From Actinomycetota bacterium (GTDB taxonomy: Bacteria > Actinomycetota > Acidimicrobiia > Spongiisociales > UBA4744), in assembly GCA_013152275.1 (NCBI GenBank), contig JAADGS010000027.1:62001-126000 (forward strand): a stretch of DNA of 64,000 bases, given 5' to 3'. Position 1 is the first letter of the stretch, and each line of letters starts with the position of its first letter. The translations under genes were made by a program, and so were the position numbers. The notes below the pieces were generated by a model, which saw nothing but the letters and a program-made list of their open reading frames with translations, did no database searches and had not been told where the DNA came from. Shown in pieces: positions 9,094 to 18,657 of the stretch.

Positions 9094-10953
9094 ATGAACG
9101 AAGGTCTGCTGGACCGCATCAACGAGCCGGCCGATCTCAAAGACCTCACCCCGGAACAGCTCGAGGAACTCTGTGGAGAGATCCGGACGTATCTCGTGGA
9201 CGAGATCAGCAATACGGGGGGCCATCTGTCACCCAACCTCGGTATCGTCGAGTTGACGCTGGCCATCCACCGCAGTTTCGACAGCCCCCGTGATCGCATC
9301 ATCTTCGACGTCGGACATCAGGCGTACGTCCACAAGCTCGTTACCGGTCGACACGACTTCTCCACCCTCCGTTCGTTCGGCGGATTGTCCGGCTACCCGA
9401 ATCGTCGAGAGAGCGAGCACGATTGGGTCGAGAACAGCCATGCGTCCACCGCGCTCAGCTATGCGCTCGGCAACGCGATAGCGAATGCCCGGCTCAGGAA
9501 CAATCGCTTCACGGTGGCCGTGATCGGCGATGGTGCCCTGACGGGCGGCATGGCCTACGAGGCGTTGAACCATATCGCCGTTCTGCGCCCTCCTCGCCTG
9601 GTCATCGTGCTCAACGACAACGGACGCTCCTACGCACCGACCGTCGGCGGCATCGCTGCACTCGCTCACGTTCGGTTCGACCCCCGCTATGAGTGGGCCA
9701 AGAGGACGCTCGGCAAGCTCCTGCGAAGCATCCCGGCGGTCGGTGAAAGTGCCGACGAGCTTGCTCGCAGGCTCAAGGAGGGTTTCAAGCAGTTGATCGA
9801 GCCCGGCACCGTCTTTGACGCGATGGGCTTGAAATACTCGGGAACGATCGACGGCCACGACATCGCCGCGCTCGAGGAGGCATTCGCCCACGCCCGGACA
9901 TTCGATGAGCCGACGGTGGTGCATGTCGTCACCGAGAAAGGCAGAGGCTACGAACCGGCGGTTCGTGATGAAGTCGACAAGCTGCACGGGGTGCCGTCGT
10001 TCGACGTGCCCACCGGCCGTCCGAAGAATTCGGAATTGAAACTGACCGATGTCGCAGGTCGGGCGCTCGTCCACGCGGCAAGAGAACGAGAGGACCTCAT
10101 CGCGATCTCCGCGGCGATGATCTCGAGTACCGGATTGGCCGAGATGGCCGACGAGTTCCCGGACAGGGTGATCGACACCGGGATCGCGGAACAACACGCC
10201 GTGACGCTTGCCGCAGGCCTTGCGATGTCCGGTCTCCGCCCGGTCGTGGCCATCTACTCGAGTTTCCTCCAACGGGCGTTCGATCAGATCACGATGGATG
10301 TCGCACTGCACGAACTGCCTGTCGTCTTCCTCCTCGACCGTGCCGGTGTGACCGGCCCCGACGGGGCGTCTCATCATGGCGCGTTCGATCTGTCCTATCT
10401 GAGAATGATCCCCAACATGGTGATCGGGGCTCCGTCGGATGCCGTCGAGTTGTGTGCGATGGTGGAGACGGCCCTCGAGGCGGAAGGCCCGATGGCCATC
10501 CGATTCCCGAAGGGACCGGCCGGGTCGCTTCCCGAACTCCCCGTGGAGCCGCTGGAAGTTGGCGTCTGGGAAGAGCTCCGGCCGGGAGCCGACGTCATGA
10601 TCCTTGCCGTGGGTCGCATGGTCGAGCCCTCGATGAAGGCGGCCCTGATGCTGGAGCAGCAAGGCATCTCGGTCGGGGTCGTGAACGCCCGCTGGGTCAA
10701 GCCCATGGACAGGAGGCTCGGCGATTGGGCTCGAGCCGTATCTCACGTCGTGACGATCGAAGACAATGTGCTCTCCGGCGGTTTTGGGGAAGGGGTCATG
10801 GAGATCCTGAGCTCCGAGGGCCTTGCCGGCAAGGTTCATACGATCGGGCTTCCCGACCGTTTCCTGCCCGCTGGAGCAGCCGGCGAGGTGCTCGAATCGG
10901 TCCATATGGATCCGGACGCCCTCGCTCGTCGCATCGCCGTCTTCCTCGCCTGA
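9094..10953 (+). CDS. dxs: 1-deoxy-D-xylulose-5-phosphate synthase
   Basis: GGHLSPNLG, FDVGHQAYVHK, TPP-binding GDGALTGG..EALN, GIAEQHAV, DRAGVTGPDGASHHG. Confidence 0.97.
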   Translation: MNEGLLDRINEPADLKDLTPEQLEELCGEIRTYLVDEISNTGGHLSPNLGIVELTLAIHRSFDSPRDRIIFDVGHQAYVHKLVTGRHDFSTLRSFGGLSGYPNRRESEHDWVENSHASTALSYALGNAIANARLRNNRFTVAVIGDGALTGGMAYEALNHIAVLRPPRLVIVLNDNGRSYAPTVGGIAALAHVRFDPRYEWAKRTLGKLLRSIPAVGESADELARRLKEGFKQLIEPGTVFDAMGLKYSGTIDGHDIAALEEAFAHARTFDEPTVVHVVTEKGRGYEPAVRDEVDKLHGVPSFDVPTGRPKNSELKLTDVAGRALVHAAREREDLIAISAAMISSTGLAEMADEFPDRVIDTGIAEQHAVTLAAGLAMSGLRPVVAIYSSFLQRAFDQITMDVALHELPVVFLLDRAGVTGPDGASHHGAFDLSYLRMIPNMVIGAPSDAVELCAMVETALEAEGPMAIRFPKGPAGSLPELPVEPLEVGVWEELRPGADVMILAVGRMVEPSMKAALMLEQQGISVGVVNARWVKPMDRRLGDWARAVSHVVTIEDNVLSGGFGEGVMEILSSEGLAGKVHTIGLPDRFLPAGAAGEVLESVHMDPDALARRIAVFLA

Positions 10954-11103
10954 AACGCCTGATCCCTCCATCGCGGGCATATTCGATGCGTTCGTCGAGG
11001 AGTTTTCTCCCAATCGTTGCCTGGAACTAGTTGAAGTCGCCGTTGCCCCGCCACTAAGTTGTTACGGCTGCGGGTTCCCCGCACGTCTAGAGCTGGAGGT
11101 CGG

Positions 11104-12201
11104 ATGAGGAAACGAATCATTTTACTGGTGGTTGTCTTTGCGATGATTGCTGCTGCTTGTGCAAGCGGCGGAGAAGCGACATCGACAACTGCCGGTAACG
11201 AGACAACGACGACAACTGCCGCGCCCGCGCAAACGACTTCGGGAAGCTTGCTCGACACCATCGTGCAACGCGGCGTTCTCAGATGCGGGGTCAACGAGAC
11301 GCTGCCAGGATTCGGGTCCAAGGACTCGTCCGGTAAGTTCGTCGGTTTCGACACCGACCTCTGCCGGGCAATCGCCGCTGCCGTGCTGGGCGACTCCACC
11401 AAGGTGGAGTTCACGTCACTGACGGCCGCACAGCGGTTTGAAGCCGTGAGCAGTGGATCGATCGATGTGCTGAGTCGGAACACGACCTGGACCCAGAGCC
11501 GCGATGGCGAGTTGGGTCTGACGTTCGCACCGACGACGTACTACGACGGCCAGCAGGTCATGGCGCGTACGGCCGACGGTTTCACCGCCGACTCGACGCT
11601 TGCCGACCTTCAGGGTGCGACTGTGTGCACCAATGCCGGAACCACGACCGAGAAGAACATCCAGGAAGCGCTCGACGCGATCGGTGTCAAATTCACGCTG
11701 ACGACCTTCGAAGACTTCAACATTGTGTTGCAGAACTTCAAGGATGGTGCGTGTGACGCGGTGACGACGGACGGTTCGGGCCTCGTGTCCCGCAAGTCGA
11801 CCGATGAGCCTGCGCCAGGCGACTGGGTCATCTTCCCGTCGGTGCCGCTGTCGAAGGAGCCCCTCGGTCCTGCAACCAAGCAGGGCGATGCGATCTTCGC
11901 CGACGCGGTACGGTGGACGATCTTCGCGATGTTCATCGCAGAGGAGAACGGTGTCACGAGCGCCAATGTCGACGAGATGAAGGCCAATCCGCCCACCGGC
12001 GAGATCGGTCGTCTCCTCGGTGGCGATGGAGAGAAGCAGACGGCCATGGGGCTGTCCGCCGATGCGTTCTACAACGTCATCAAGCAAGTCGGTAACTACG
12101 GTGAGGTGTACGACAGGTACCTGACGCCGCTCGGATTGAAGCGGGGCCTCAACGCCCTGTGGATCAACGGTGGCCTCTTGTACGCACCGCCGGCCCGTTA
12201 G
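11104..12201 (+). CDS. aapJ: General L-amino acid ABC transporter substrate-binding lipoprotein (AapJ/BztA-like)
   Basis: Lipobox AAAC, Thr-rich linker, LRCGV, GFDTDLCRAIAAA, LSRNTTWT, SKEPLGP, VGNYGE, GGLLYAPP; SD GGAGG before ATG 11104. Confidence 0.92.
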   Translation: MRKRIILLVVVFAMIAAACASGGEATSTTAGNETTTTTAAPAQTTSGSLLDTIVQRGVLRCGVNETLPGFGSKDSSGKFVGFDTDLCRAIAAAVLGDSTKVEFTSLTAAQRFEAVSSGSIDVLSRNTTWTQSRDGELGLTFAPTTYYDGQQVMARTADGFTADSTLADLQGATVCTNAGTTTEKNIQEALDAIGVKFTLTTFEDFNIVLQNFKDGACDAVTTDGSGLVSRKSTDEPAPGDWVIFPSVPLSKEPLGPATKQGDAIFADAVRWTIFAMFIAEENGVTSANVDEMKANPPTGEIGRLLGGDGEKQTAMGLSADAFYNVIKQVGNYGEVYDRYLTPLGLKRGLNALWINGGLLYAPPAR

Positions 12202-12213
12202 ACAGAGACACGT

Positions 12214-12240
12214 GTTGGGGGACGCAATGCGTCCCCCAAC
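12214..12240. terminator. Perfect 13-bp inverted repeat after aapJ
   Basis: gttgggggacgca-a-tgcgtcccccaac. Confidence 0.65.
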
Positions 12241-12259
12241 CACCTAGAGGAGGAGGGGT

Positions 12260-13786
12260 GTGAGTCAGGCGCGCGAGACATCTCAGGCACACGCGCGACC
12301 TCCGCTGTGGCGCAATGCCGCCTTCCTGAAGTGGGCGGGACAGATCGGTGTTCTTCTCGCGCTGATCGTGGCGGCGGTCGCCGCGGTTACGGTCGCCTCC
12401 AACAACCTGAAGGCGCAAGGCCTTCCCTTCTCGTGGAAATTCCTGAGCGACAATCCGGGGATCAGGCTCGCCGAGGGCTTCGCGACCGTCCCCAAGACCG
12501 GTCTGGAAGCTCTCCTCGTCGGTGTCGTCAACATGCTCAGGGTGACGGTCACGGGGATCTTCGCGGCGACGTTCCTTGGTGTGATCATCGGCATCGCACG
12601 CCTCTCGTCGAACTGGATCGTGTCGAAAGTGGCGGTGGTCTACATCGAGTTGATGCGGAACATTCCGCTCCTCGTCCAGATCGTGTTCTGGTTCTACATC
12701 GCCGGCAGCTTCCCCATCCTGAAAGCGACGGGCAACGGACCCATCGAGGGCTGGTTCTACATCACCAACAAAGGAGTCTCGATTCCCTGGTTCTTTCCCC
12801 GGGAAGTCTTTTGGCAATGGATCGCGTTCGTCGTCGCAGGCCTGATCGCGGCGCGCTTCGTGTTCCGCTGGCGTGTTCGGCGCCTGGAGGAGACCGGGAA
12901 GGCCGGCCACGAGTTCCTCTTCTCGATCGGAACCTTCCTGGTTTTCGCCGTCGTCGGATGGTGGGCATATCCGCTCTCCGGTTTTCTCGGGTGGATCTTC
13001 GGCGCGATCGGCTGGGTCTTCCGCTCGACCCCGACACTGCTCGGTCAGGTCATCCTCGCAGCCGGTTCGGCGGGCATCGGGTTCTTGTGGATCAAACGAT
13101 TCCTCGATTCGCGCCGAACCCCTGCCGGATTGGCCAAGCTGACCGACGACGACTACTTCCGGATCATCTTCGCCGGCCTTCTCGGGATGCTTGGAGCCGC
13201 CGTGTTCATCCTGATCCCCGGCATCACGAACGGGATCCTCGATGGATTCCAGAAGTTCTTCGAGTTCGCCGACACGAAGTACGACTGGCTTCGCACCGGG
13301 CAGATCGTCCAGTTCGGCCGTCCGGGGGCCGTGGTCACTGGAAAGTTCCTCCAGTTGGCGCCGACCGGCATGACGATGACCCAGTTCTTCTTCGCCGTAT
13401 GGATAGCCATCACGTTGTATACGGCATCGTTCATCGCGGAGATCGTCCGGGGCGGCATTCTCGCCGTGCCGAAAGGACAGACCGAGGCGGGGCTGGCGGT
13501 CGGACTGCGCAGAGGGCAGTTGCTGCGGATGATCGTGCTCCCGCAGGCGTTCCGGGTCATTCTGCCGCCGATGGGCAACCAGTATCTCAACCTCGCGAAG
13601 AACACCTCGCTGGGAATCGCGGTCGGCTATGCGGAGGTCGTGGCCGTGGGCCAAACGCTGTTCAACCAGACAGGTGCAACCGTACAGGTCATCCTGCTCT
13701 GGATGGCGTTCTACCTGTTCGTGAGCCTCACGCTGAGCGCCATCGTGAACTGGTATAACCGAAGAGTGCAGCTGGTGGAGCGATGA
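12260..13786 (+). CDS. aapQ: Amino acid ABC transporter permease (AapQ-like, enlarged)
   Basis: IARLSSNW, YIELMRNIPLL, YTASFIAEIVRGGI, GQTEA, NQYLNLAKNTSL. Confidence 0.9.
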   Translation: MSQARETSQAHARPPLWRNAAFLKWAGQIGVLLALIVAAVAAVTVASNNLKAQGLPFSWKFLSDNPGIRLAEGFATVPKTGLEALLVGVVNMLRVTVTGIFAATFLGVIIGIARLSSNWIVSKVAVVYIELMRNIPLLVQIVFWFYIAGSFPILKATGNGPIEGWFYITNKGVSIPWFFPREVFWQWIAFVVAGLIAARFVFRWRVRRLEETGKAGHEFLFSIGTFLVFAVVGWWAYPLSGFLGWIFGAIGWVFRSTPTLLGQVILAAGSAGIGFLWIKRFLDSRRTPAGLAKLTDDDYFRIIFAGLLGMLGAAVFILIPGITNGILDGFQKFFEFADTKYDWLRTGQIVQFGRPGAVVTGKFLQLAPTGMTMTQFFFAVWIAITLYTASFIAEIVRGGILAVPKGQTEAGLAVGLRRGQLLRMIVLPQAFRVILPPMGNQYLNLAKNTSLGIAVGYAEVVAVGQTLFNQTGATVQVILLWMAFYLFVSLTLSAIVNWYNRRVQLVER

Positions 13787-15513
13787 CGATACAGGGACCC
13801 CCACCTCCGCAAGAGGTCACTCCTCTCGAACGTTGGACTCGATGGTCGAAGGAGAATCTGTTCTCCTCGTTCTTCAACTCCGTCCTCAGCATCGCATCGA
13901 TCGCGATAGCCGCGCTGGCCATCCGGGGGCTGTTCTCGTTCGTCTTTGCCCCTGAGCGCAAATGGTACGTCATCCCTCCGAACATGAAGCTGTACTGGAC
14001 GGACGTGTATCCGCCGGAGGTGATGGGCCGGATGTGGGTGACGCTCGGCCTGGTCCTTACGCTGACGGGTCTCAGCCTTGCGATCTGGCGGGTCGGTGGC
14101 CATCTCACACCGGCACGCCTTGCTCGGGTCGCAGCCAGTGTCGGCTCGAGCCTTCTGGTGCTCGCTGCCCTCGTTTCGATTCCGGCAATCGTACGGATCT
14201 GGATTGCCGTTGTCGGTGTGATCTGCTGGGCCGCTTCGTGGCTGATCAAGCTGTTGTGGTCCGGCGGTGAAGAAGCCGAGACGATATCGACAATGTGGGT
14301 GCTGATCGGAACGCTGGTCGCGGTGCTTGCCGTTCTATGGGCTCTGCATATCGAGACGGGGACCAAGGTGTCGCTGACGGTGCAGGCGGCGGTTTTCATC
14401 GGTGCCTACATCGTCGGCCTTGTCGTTCGGGATTGGATCCCGAACGCCGTCACGCGGAGCTCGCTCGTGGCGTTCTGGCTCTTGTCGCTTCCCCTCGTGT
14501 ACCTCGTGATCCAACGAGACCCCGATGTGAGCGCCGTCCCGGTGACGACGATGGTCATCCCCTTCGCGGCGGCCTTCGCGATTGTCGGTGCCGCGTACAT
14601 GTGGTGGGCAGGGTCTGCGAATCCGGGAGAGGTGGCCAAGCTCGTCGCGGCGCTCCTCTTCGTCGCGGCCATAGCCTCGTGGTTCACCTCGATCGCGATG
14701 CTGCCTCGATTTCTCCTTCTGGCCCTGGCGGTATTCGGCCTTGCCGCGCCGACGTTCGGTGGAACGGACCAAGGCCGCAAAGGGCTGGTGATCGGGTGGG
14801 TCGTGATGGACCTCCTCATCGCGTACTTCATGACGATGGCGATGGCCAAGACCGGGATACCGGTGCTCGGCGACTTCATCGGCGGGCTGAACCTCACGTT
14901 CCTGCTCTCTATCGCAGGTATCGTCCTGGCGTTCCCCATCGGGATCATGCTTGCCTTGGGGCGGACGTCGACCATGCCCATCTTCCGGCTGCTCTCCACC
15001 GGGTACATCGAGGTCGTTCGTGGTGTCCCGTTGATTACCGTGCTGTTCTTCGCGAACTTGGTGATCAACCGCTTCCTACCGCAAGATATTCGCCTCGACG
15101 ACATCATCAAAGCGATGATCGCCGTGGCGTTGTTCGCCGCGGCCTACCTGGCAGAGAACATTCGTGGCGGCCTTCAGTCGATCCCGAAGGGGCAGCGCGA
15201 GGCCGCCCAGGCGGTGGGGCTCTCCACCGTTCAGATGACGGTGCTGATCACGCTCCCGCAGGCATTACGGGCCGTGATCCCCGCCATCGTCGGACAGGTC
15301 ATCACCCTGTTCAAAGATACATCGCTGGTGGCGATCATCGGCTTGGCGGATTTCCTGCGGATTGCCAGGGACGTTGTGCCGAATCAACCGGGATCCCTCG
15401 GCAGCATGCAGGAGAGCCTGTTGTTCGCGGTCGTGATCTACTGGATCTTCTCGTTCGGCACGAGCCGCGCGAGCATGCGCCTGGAGAAAAAGTTGGGAGT
15501 TGGTGAACGGTGA
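13783..15513 (+). CDS. aapM: Amino acid ABC transporter permease (AapM-like, enlarged)
   Basis: [50 protein letters not shown]. Confidence 0.9.
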   Translation: MTIQGPPPPQEVTPLERWTRWSKENLFSSFFNSVLSIASIAIAALAIRGLFSFVFAPERKWYVIPPNMKLYWTDVYPPEVMGRMWVTLGLVLTLTGLSLAIWRVGGHLTPARLARVAASVGSSLLVLAALVSIPAIVRIWIAVVGVICWAASWLIKLLWSGGEEAETISTMWVLIGTLVAVLAVLWALHIETGTKVSLTVQAAVFIGAYIVGLVVRDWIPNAVTRSSLVAFWLLSLPLVYLVIQRDPDVSAVPVTTMVIPFAAAFAIVGAAYMWWAGSANPGEVAKLVAALLFVAAIASWFTSIAMLPRFLLLALAVFGLAAPTFGGTDQGRKGLVIGWVVMDLLIAYFMTMAMAKTGIPVLGDFIGGLNLTFLLSIAGIVLAFPIGIMLALGRTSTMPIFRLLSTGYIEVVRGVPLITVLFFANLVINRFLPQDIRLDDIIKAMIAVALFAAAYLAENIRGGLQSIPKGQREAAQAVGLSTVQMTVLITLPQALRAVIPAIVGQVITLFKDTSLVAIIGLADFLRIARDVVPNQPGSLGSMQESLLFAVVIYWIFSFGTSRASMRLEKKLGVGER

Positions 15514-15526
15514 GTGGAGGGCGCAA

Positions 15527-16264
15527 ATGAGTGAGCGCGACATAATCGTTGTGGAAGACCTCAATAAGTGGTTCGGTGATTTCCACGTGCTGCGCGGGAT
15601 CACGACCACTGTCAAGGAGCAAGAGGTCGTGGTGGTGATCGGTCCTTCCGGCTCCGGGAAGTCGACGTTCATCCGGTGTATCAACCATCTCGAGCAGCAC
15701 CAGTCCGGCAAGATCATCGTCGATGGCGTGGAGCTCACGCACGACCTGCGCAACATCGAGAAGATCCGGTCGGAGGTCGGCATCGTATTCCAGCAGTTCA
15801 ACCTGTTCCCACATCTGACCGTGATGCAGAACCTGACGCTTGCCCAGATCTGGGTACGGAAGCGCACCAAGACCGAGGCCGAGGAGACGGCGAGGCGGTT
15901 GCTCGAACGGGTCGGTATCCCGGAACAGGCAGAGAAGTTTCCGGGGCAGCTGTCCGGCGGCCAGCAGCAGCGTGTCGCCATCGCCCGGGCACTCGCCATG
16001 GACCCGAAGATCATGCTCTTCGACGAGCCGACGTCCGCGCTCGACCCGGAGATGATCAAAGAGGTCCTCGACGTCATGAAAGAGCTGGCCCGCTCCGGTA
16101 TGACGATGATCGTGGTCACTCACGAGATGGGATTCGCTCGGGAGGTTGCAGACCGGGTGATGTTCTTCGACTACGGCCAGATCGTCGAGGAGGGGACTCC
16201 GGAGCACTTCTTCACCGCGCCGGAGCACGACCGCACGAAGCTGTTCCTGAGCCAGATTCTCTGA
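15527..16264 (+). CDS. aapP: Amino acid ABC transporter ATP-binding protein (AapP-like)
   Basis: [42 protein letters not shown] before ATG 15527. Confidence 0.93.
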   Translation: MSERDIIVVEDLNKWFGDFHVLRGITTTVKEQEVVVVIGPSGSGKSTFIRCINHLEQHQSGKIIVDGVELTHDLRNIEKIRSEVGIVFQQFNLFPHLTVMQNLTLAQIWVRKRTKTEAEETARRLLERVGIPEQAEKFPGQLSGGQQQRVAIARALAMDPKIMLFDEPTSALDPEMIKEVLDVMKELARSGMTMIVVTHEMGFAREVADRVMFFDYGQIVEEGTPEHFFTAPEHDRTKLFLSQIL

Positions 16265-16271
16265 GACGTCA

Positions 16272-16291
16272 GAGGTACTTCGTACCTGGTA
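16272..16291 (-). repeat. TACGAAG-family heptamer arm, inverted (left flank of four-helix-bundle gene)
   Basis: gaggtacttcgtacctggta, the reverse complement of taccagg-tacgaag-tacctc. Confidence 0.7.
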
Positions 16292-16313
16292 GGCGGGTAG
16301 TGTCAGCCGGCTA

Positions 16314-16673
16314 TCAGGGCTTGGCAGTGAGACTGCGCTCGAGCCCGCCGAGTCTTGCCTTGATCGTCTCCAGGACCGAACCCGGCCGCGCGTGCTGCTC
16401 GAAGTCGAGGTATCCGAGGTCGAGTCCGATTTGCAGATGAGTGTCCACCTCACACGCGGATCCCGCCGCAATCCGGATGAACCGAGCGAACTCCTTTCGA
16501 CCACCTCGCCCTGCACCCTCCGCAATGTTGGAGGGAATCGACACGGCGGCACGTCGCAGCTGCCGGGTCAATCCGAACTGCTCTCGAGTTGGGAATGATT
16601 GAGTGGCCAGGTATAGATCGCGCACAAACCGCTGACTCATTGTCCAGACGTCGAGCTTGCGATAGTCGTGCAC
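16314..16673 (-). CDS. Four helix bundle protein (23S rRNA IVS / Avd-like family)
   Basis: YRKLDVW...LY.AT.SFP.REQFGLTRQLRRAAVSIPSNIAEG.GR...EFARFIRIAAGSACEVDTHL; GTG 16673 (ORF to 16697). Confidence 0.93.
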   Translation of the reverse strand: MHDYRKLDVWTMSQRFVRDLYLATQSFPTREQFGLTRQLRRAAVSIPSNIAEGAGRGGRKEFARFIRIAAGSACEVDTHLQIGLDLGYLDFEQHARPGSVLETIKARLGGLERSLTAKP

Positions 16674-16717
16674 TCCGAAACAGATACCACACCGCACGGA
16701 TCAGGGGAACCTCTTCG

Positions 16718-16742
16718 ACGAAGTACGAAATACGAGGTACGG
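16718..16742 (+). repeat. TACGAAG-family heptamer arm (right flank of four-helix-bundle gene)
   Basis: acgaag-tacgaaa-tacgagg-tacgg. Confidence 0.75.
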
Positions 16743-16743
16743 A

Positions 16744-17259
16744 TTACTTCTTTCCCGTCACGCTCTCGGCGACGGCTCTGATCTCGGCCGGGTCGACAGG
16801 TGGGTAGAAGATGAAGCTGTACTCATCGCAGACATCGGGACCTTCGAACCATGCAACGGCCCACACACCGTCCTGGAGCGGTCCGAGGGCCGCATCGACC
16901 CCGCGGACCGAAATACGTTCGGGAGTTGCCGTCCACCGTTCCGGGGGCAGGGCTCCGCGAACCATCACCATCACCGGTGATCCGGACGGGCCCGCCCAGA
17001 GTCGGATCGTCGTGCCCGGGATGGTCGTGAACTGATCGAGCAGCACGTCCCGTGACTCGGGCTGGTCGGCGGCGACTCTCGTGGGGAGCACGGTTGGCAG
17101 GAAGTCGGGAGGGTCACAGACGTCCAAGACGCTCGTGGTTGTCGTGATCACCGCCGTCGTGGGCAGCGTCGTGGTCGTCGGCACCGTCGTGGTCGTTGCC
17201 GGCTCGGGTGAACACGCCGCAACGAGTACTGCCGCGATCGCCACGAGTGCTGTCCTCAT
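16744..17259 (-). CDS. Hypothetical lipoprotein with Thr-rich linker
   Basis: Signal peptide/lipobox LVAAC, Thr-rich stretch, two-Cys C-terminal domain. Confidence 0.75.
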   Translation of the reverse strand: MRTALVAIAAVLVAACSPEPATTTTVPTTTTLPTTAVITTTTSVLDVCDPPDFLPTVLPTRVAADQPESRDVLLDQFTTIPGTTIRLWAGPSGSPVMVMVRGALPPERWTATPERISVRGVDAALGPLQDGVWAVAWFEGPDVCDEYSFIFYPPVDPAEIRAVAESVTGKK

Positions 17260-17360
17260 GAGGGCAGGTTAGAAGTGTTGTCGTGTGAGATTGGTTATGG
17301 AGCTGATGGGAACGTACTTCTTGGAGTCGGCATGGCAAGCCGTCATGCCCGCCCCGCTGC

Positions 17361-17424
17361 CTTGTGTCGATGCTGAGTCGCGATACGAAGTGCGGAATAC
17401 GAAGTAGGAGCTACGGGATACCGG
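17361..17424 (+). repeat. TACGAAG-family heptamer element copy with leader
   Basis: cttgtgtcgatgctgagtcgcga-tacgaag-tgcggaa-tacgaag-taggagc-tacggga-taccgg. Confidence 0.7.
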
Positions 17425-17458
17425 CCAGTGGTACCGTCGGGGCCGAACGGAGGTATGT

Positions 17459-18595
17459 GTGAATCCCAAGCAGGTTGCCGAACAGCGGTTCTCCGAGGTC
17501 GAGGAGGATCTGAAGAGCATCAGCCACTGGATGTATGAGCATCCCGAGATTGCGTTTCAGGAGTTCACAACCTCGGCGAAGCTGGCCGCGTACCTTGCCG
17601 ATCATGGCTTTGCCGTCGAGTATCCCGCCTACGGCCTGGACACCGCCTTCGTGGCACGAGTCGGATCGCACGGTCCGGAAGTGGTGATCTGTGCCGAGTA
17701 CGACGCACTTCCGGGTATCGGCCACGCCTGTGGACATGACATCATTGCCACGGCGTCGTTGGGTGCCGGCCTGGCGCTGGCCGGATTGACGGACGAGTTG
17801 GGGTTTCGCGTGACCGTTCTCGGCACTCCCGCCGAAGAGATGAAGGGCGGAAAAGTCGACTTGATCAACGCGGGTGCATTCGAAACTGCATCGGCTGCGA
17901 TGATGATTCACCCCAGTCCCGACGACGTGCTCGACCCTTCGGTCCTGGCGGTTCGTCATGTCGATCTCGAGTATCACGGCAAGGACTCGCATGCTGCCGG
18001 TGCGCCCGAGAAGGGGATCAACGCATTGGACGCGTTTGTTCAGGCGTACGTCAATGTCGCGACGTTACGTCAGCAAATCCTTCCGAGTGACCGTTTGCAC
18101 GGGATCATCACGCACGGAGGCGACGCGCCGAACATCATCCCCAGTTACACGCGGTCTTCCTGGTACATCAGGGCTGCGACAAAGGAGCATCTCGAGGAAC
18201 TCGCCGAGAAGGTGATGGCCTGTTTCGAAGCCGCCGCCATCGCCACCGGCTGCACCTGGGAGACTTCTGCAATCGGCCATCCGTATGAGGACCTGGTCAG
18301 CAATCCGGTACTCGTGGAGCTGTTCGACCGTAACGCGTCGGCGCTCGGACGCACCATGGCTCGTGGTGCCGACATGCCGATGGCCGGGTCCACCGACATG
18401 GGCAACGTGAGCCATGTTGTGCCGGCGATCCATCCGTTCCTGTCGATCAACCCCGGCGAAGCCGTCAACCATCAGCCCGAGTTCGCTGCTGCGACGATCA
18501 CACCCGATGGGGACAAGGCGATTCGCGATGGTGCACTGGCGATGGCATGGACCGTGATCGACCTTGCGGTGGAGAACCGCTGGGGAGACCTGTAA
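17459..18595 (+). CDS. M20 family amidohydrolase (ACY1L2/AbgB-like)
   Basis: HPEIAFQE, AEYDALPGIGHACGH, GTPAEE, GINALDA, GSTDMGNVS. Confidence 0.92.
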   Translation: MNPKQVAEQRFSEVEEDLKSISHWMYEHPEIAFQEFTTSAKLAAYLADHGFAVEYPAYGLDTAFVARVGSHGPEVVICAEYDALPGIGHACGHDIIATASLGAGLALAGLTDELGFRVTVLGTPAEEMKGGKVDLINAGAFETASAAMMIHPSPDDVLDPSVLAVRHVDLEYHGKDSHAAGAPEKGINALDAFVQAYVNVATLRQQILPSDRLHGIITHGGDAPNIIPSYTRSSWYIRAATKEHLEELAEKVMACFEAAAIATGCTWETSAIGHPYEDLVSNPVLVELFDRNASALGRTMARGADMPMAGSTDMGNVSHVVPAIHPFLSINPGEAVNHQPEFAAATITPDGDKAIRDGALAMAWTVIDLAVENRWGDL

Positions 18596-18657
18596 CGAGG
18601 AGGCGACGGACCGAGTGTCCGCCGCCTCCATGCCGAGTATTCGGTCTGCCGTGCGCG

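Noticed and set aside
16314..16673. Diversity-generating retroelement or 23S rRNA intervening sequence
   Set aside because: No reverse transcriptase, TR/VR pair or rRNA sequence is visible in the window
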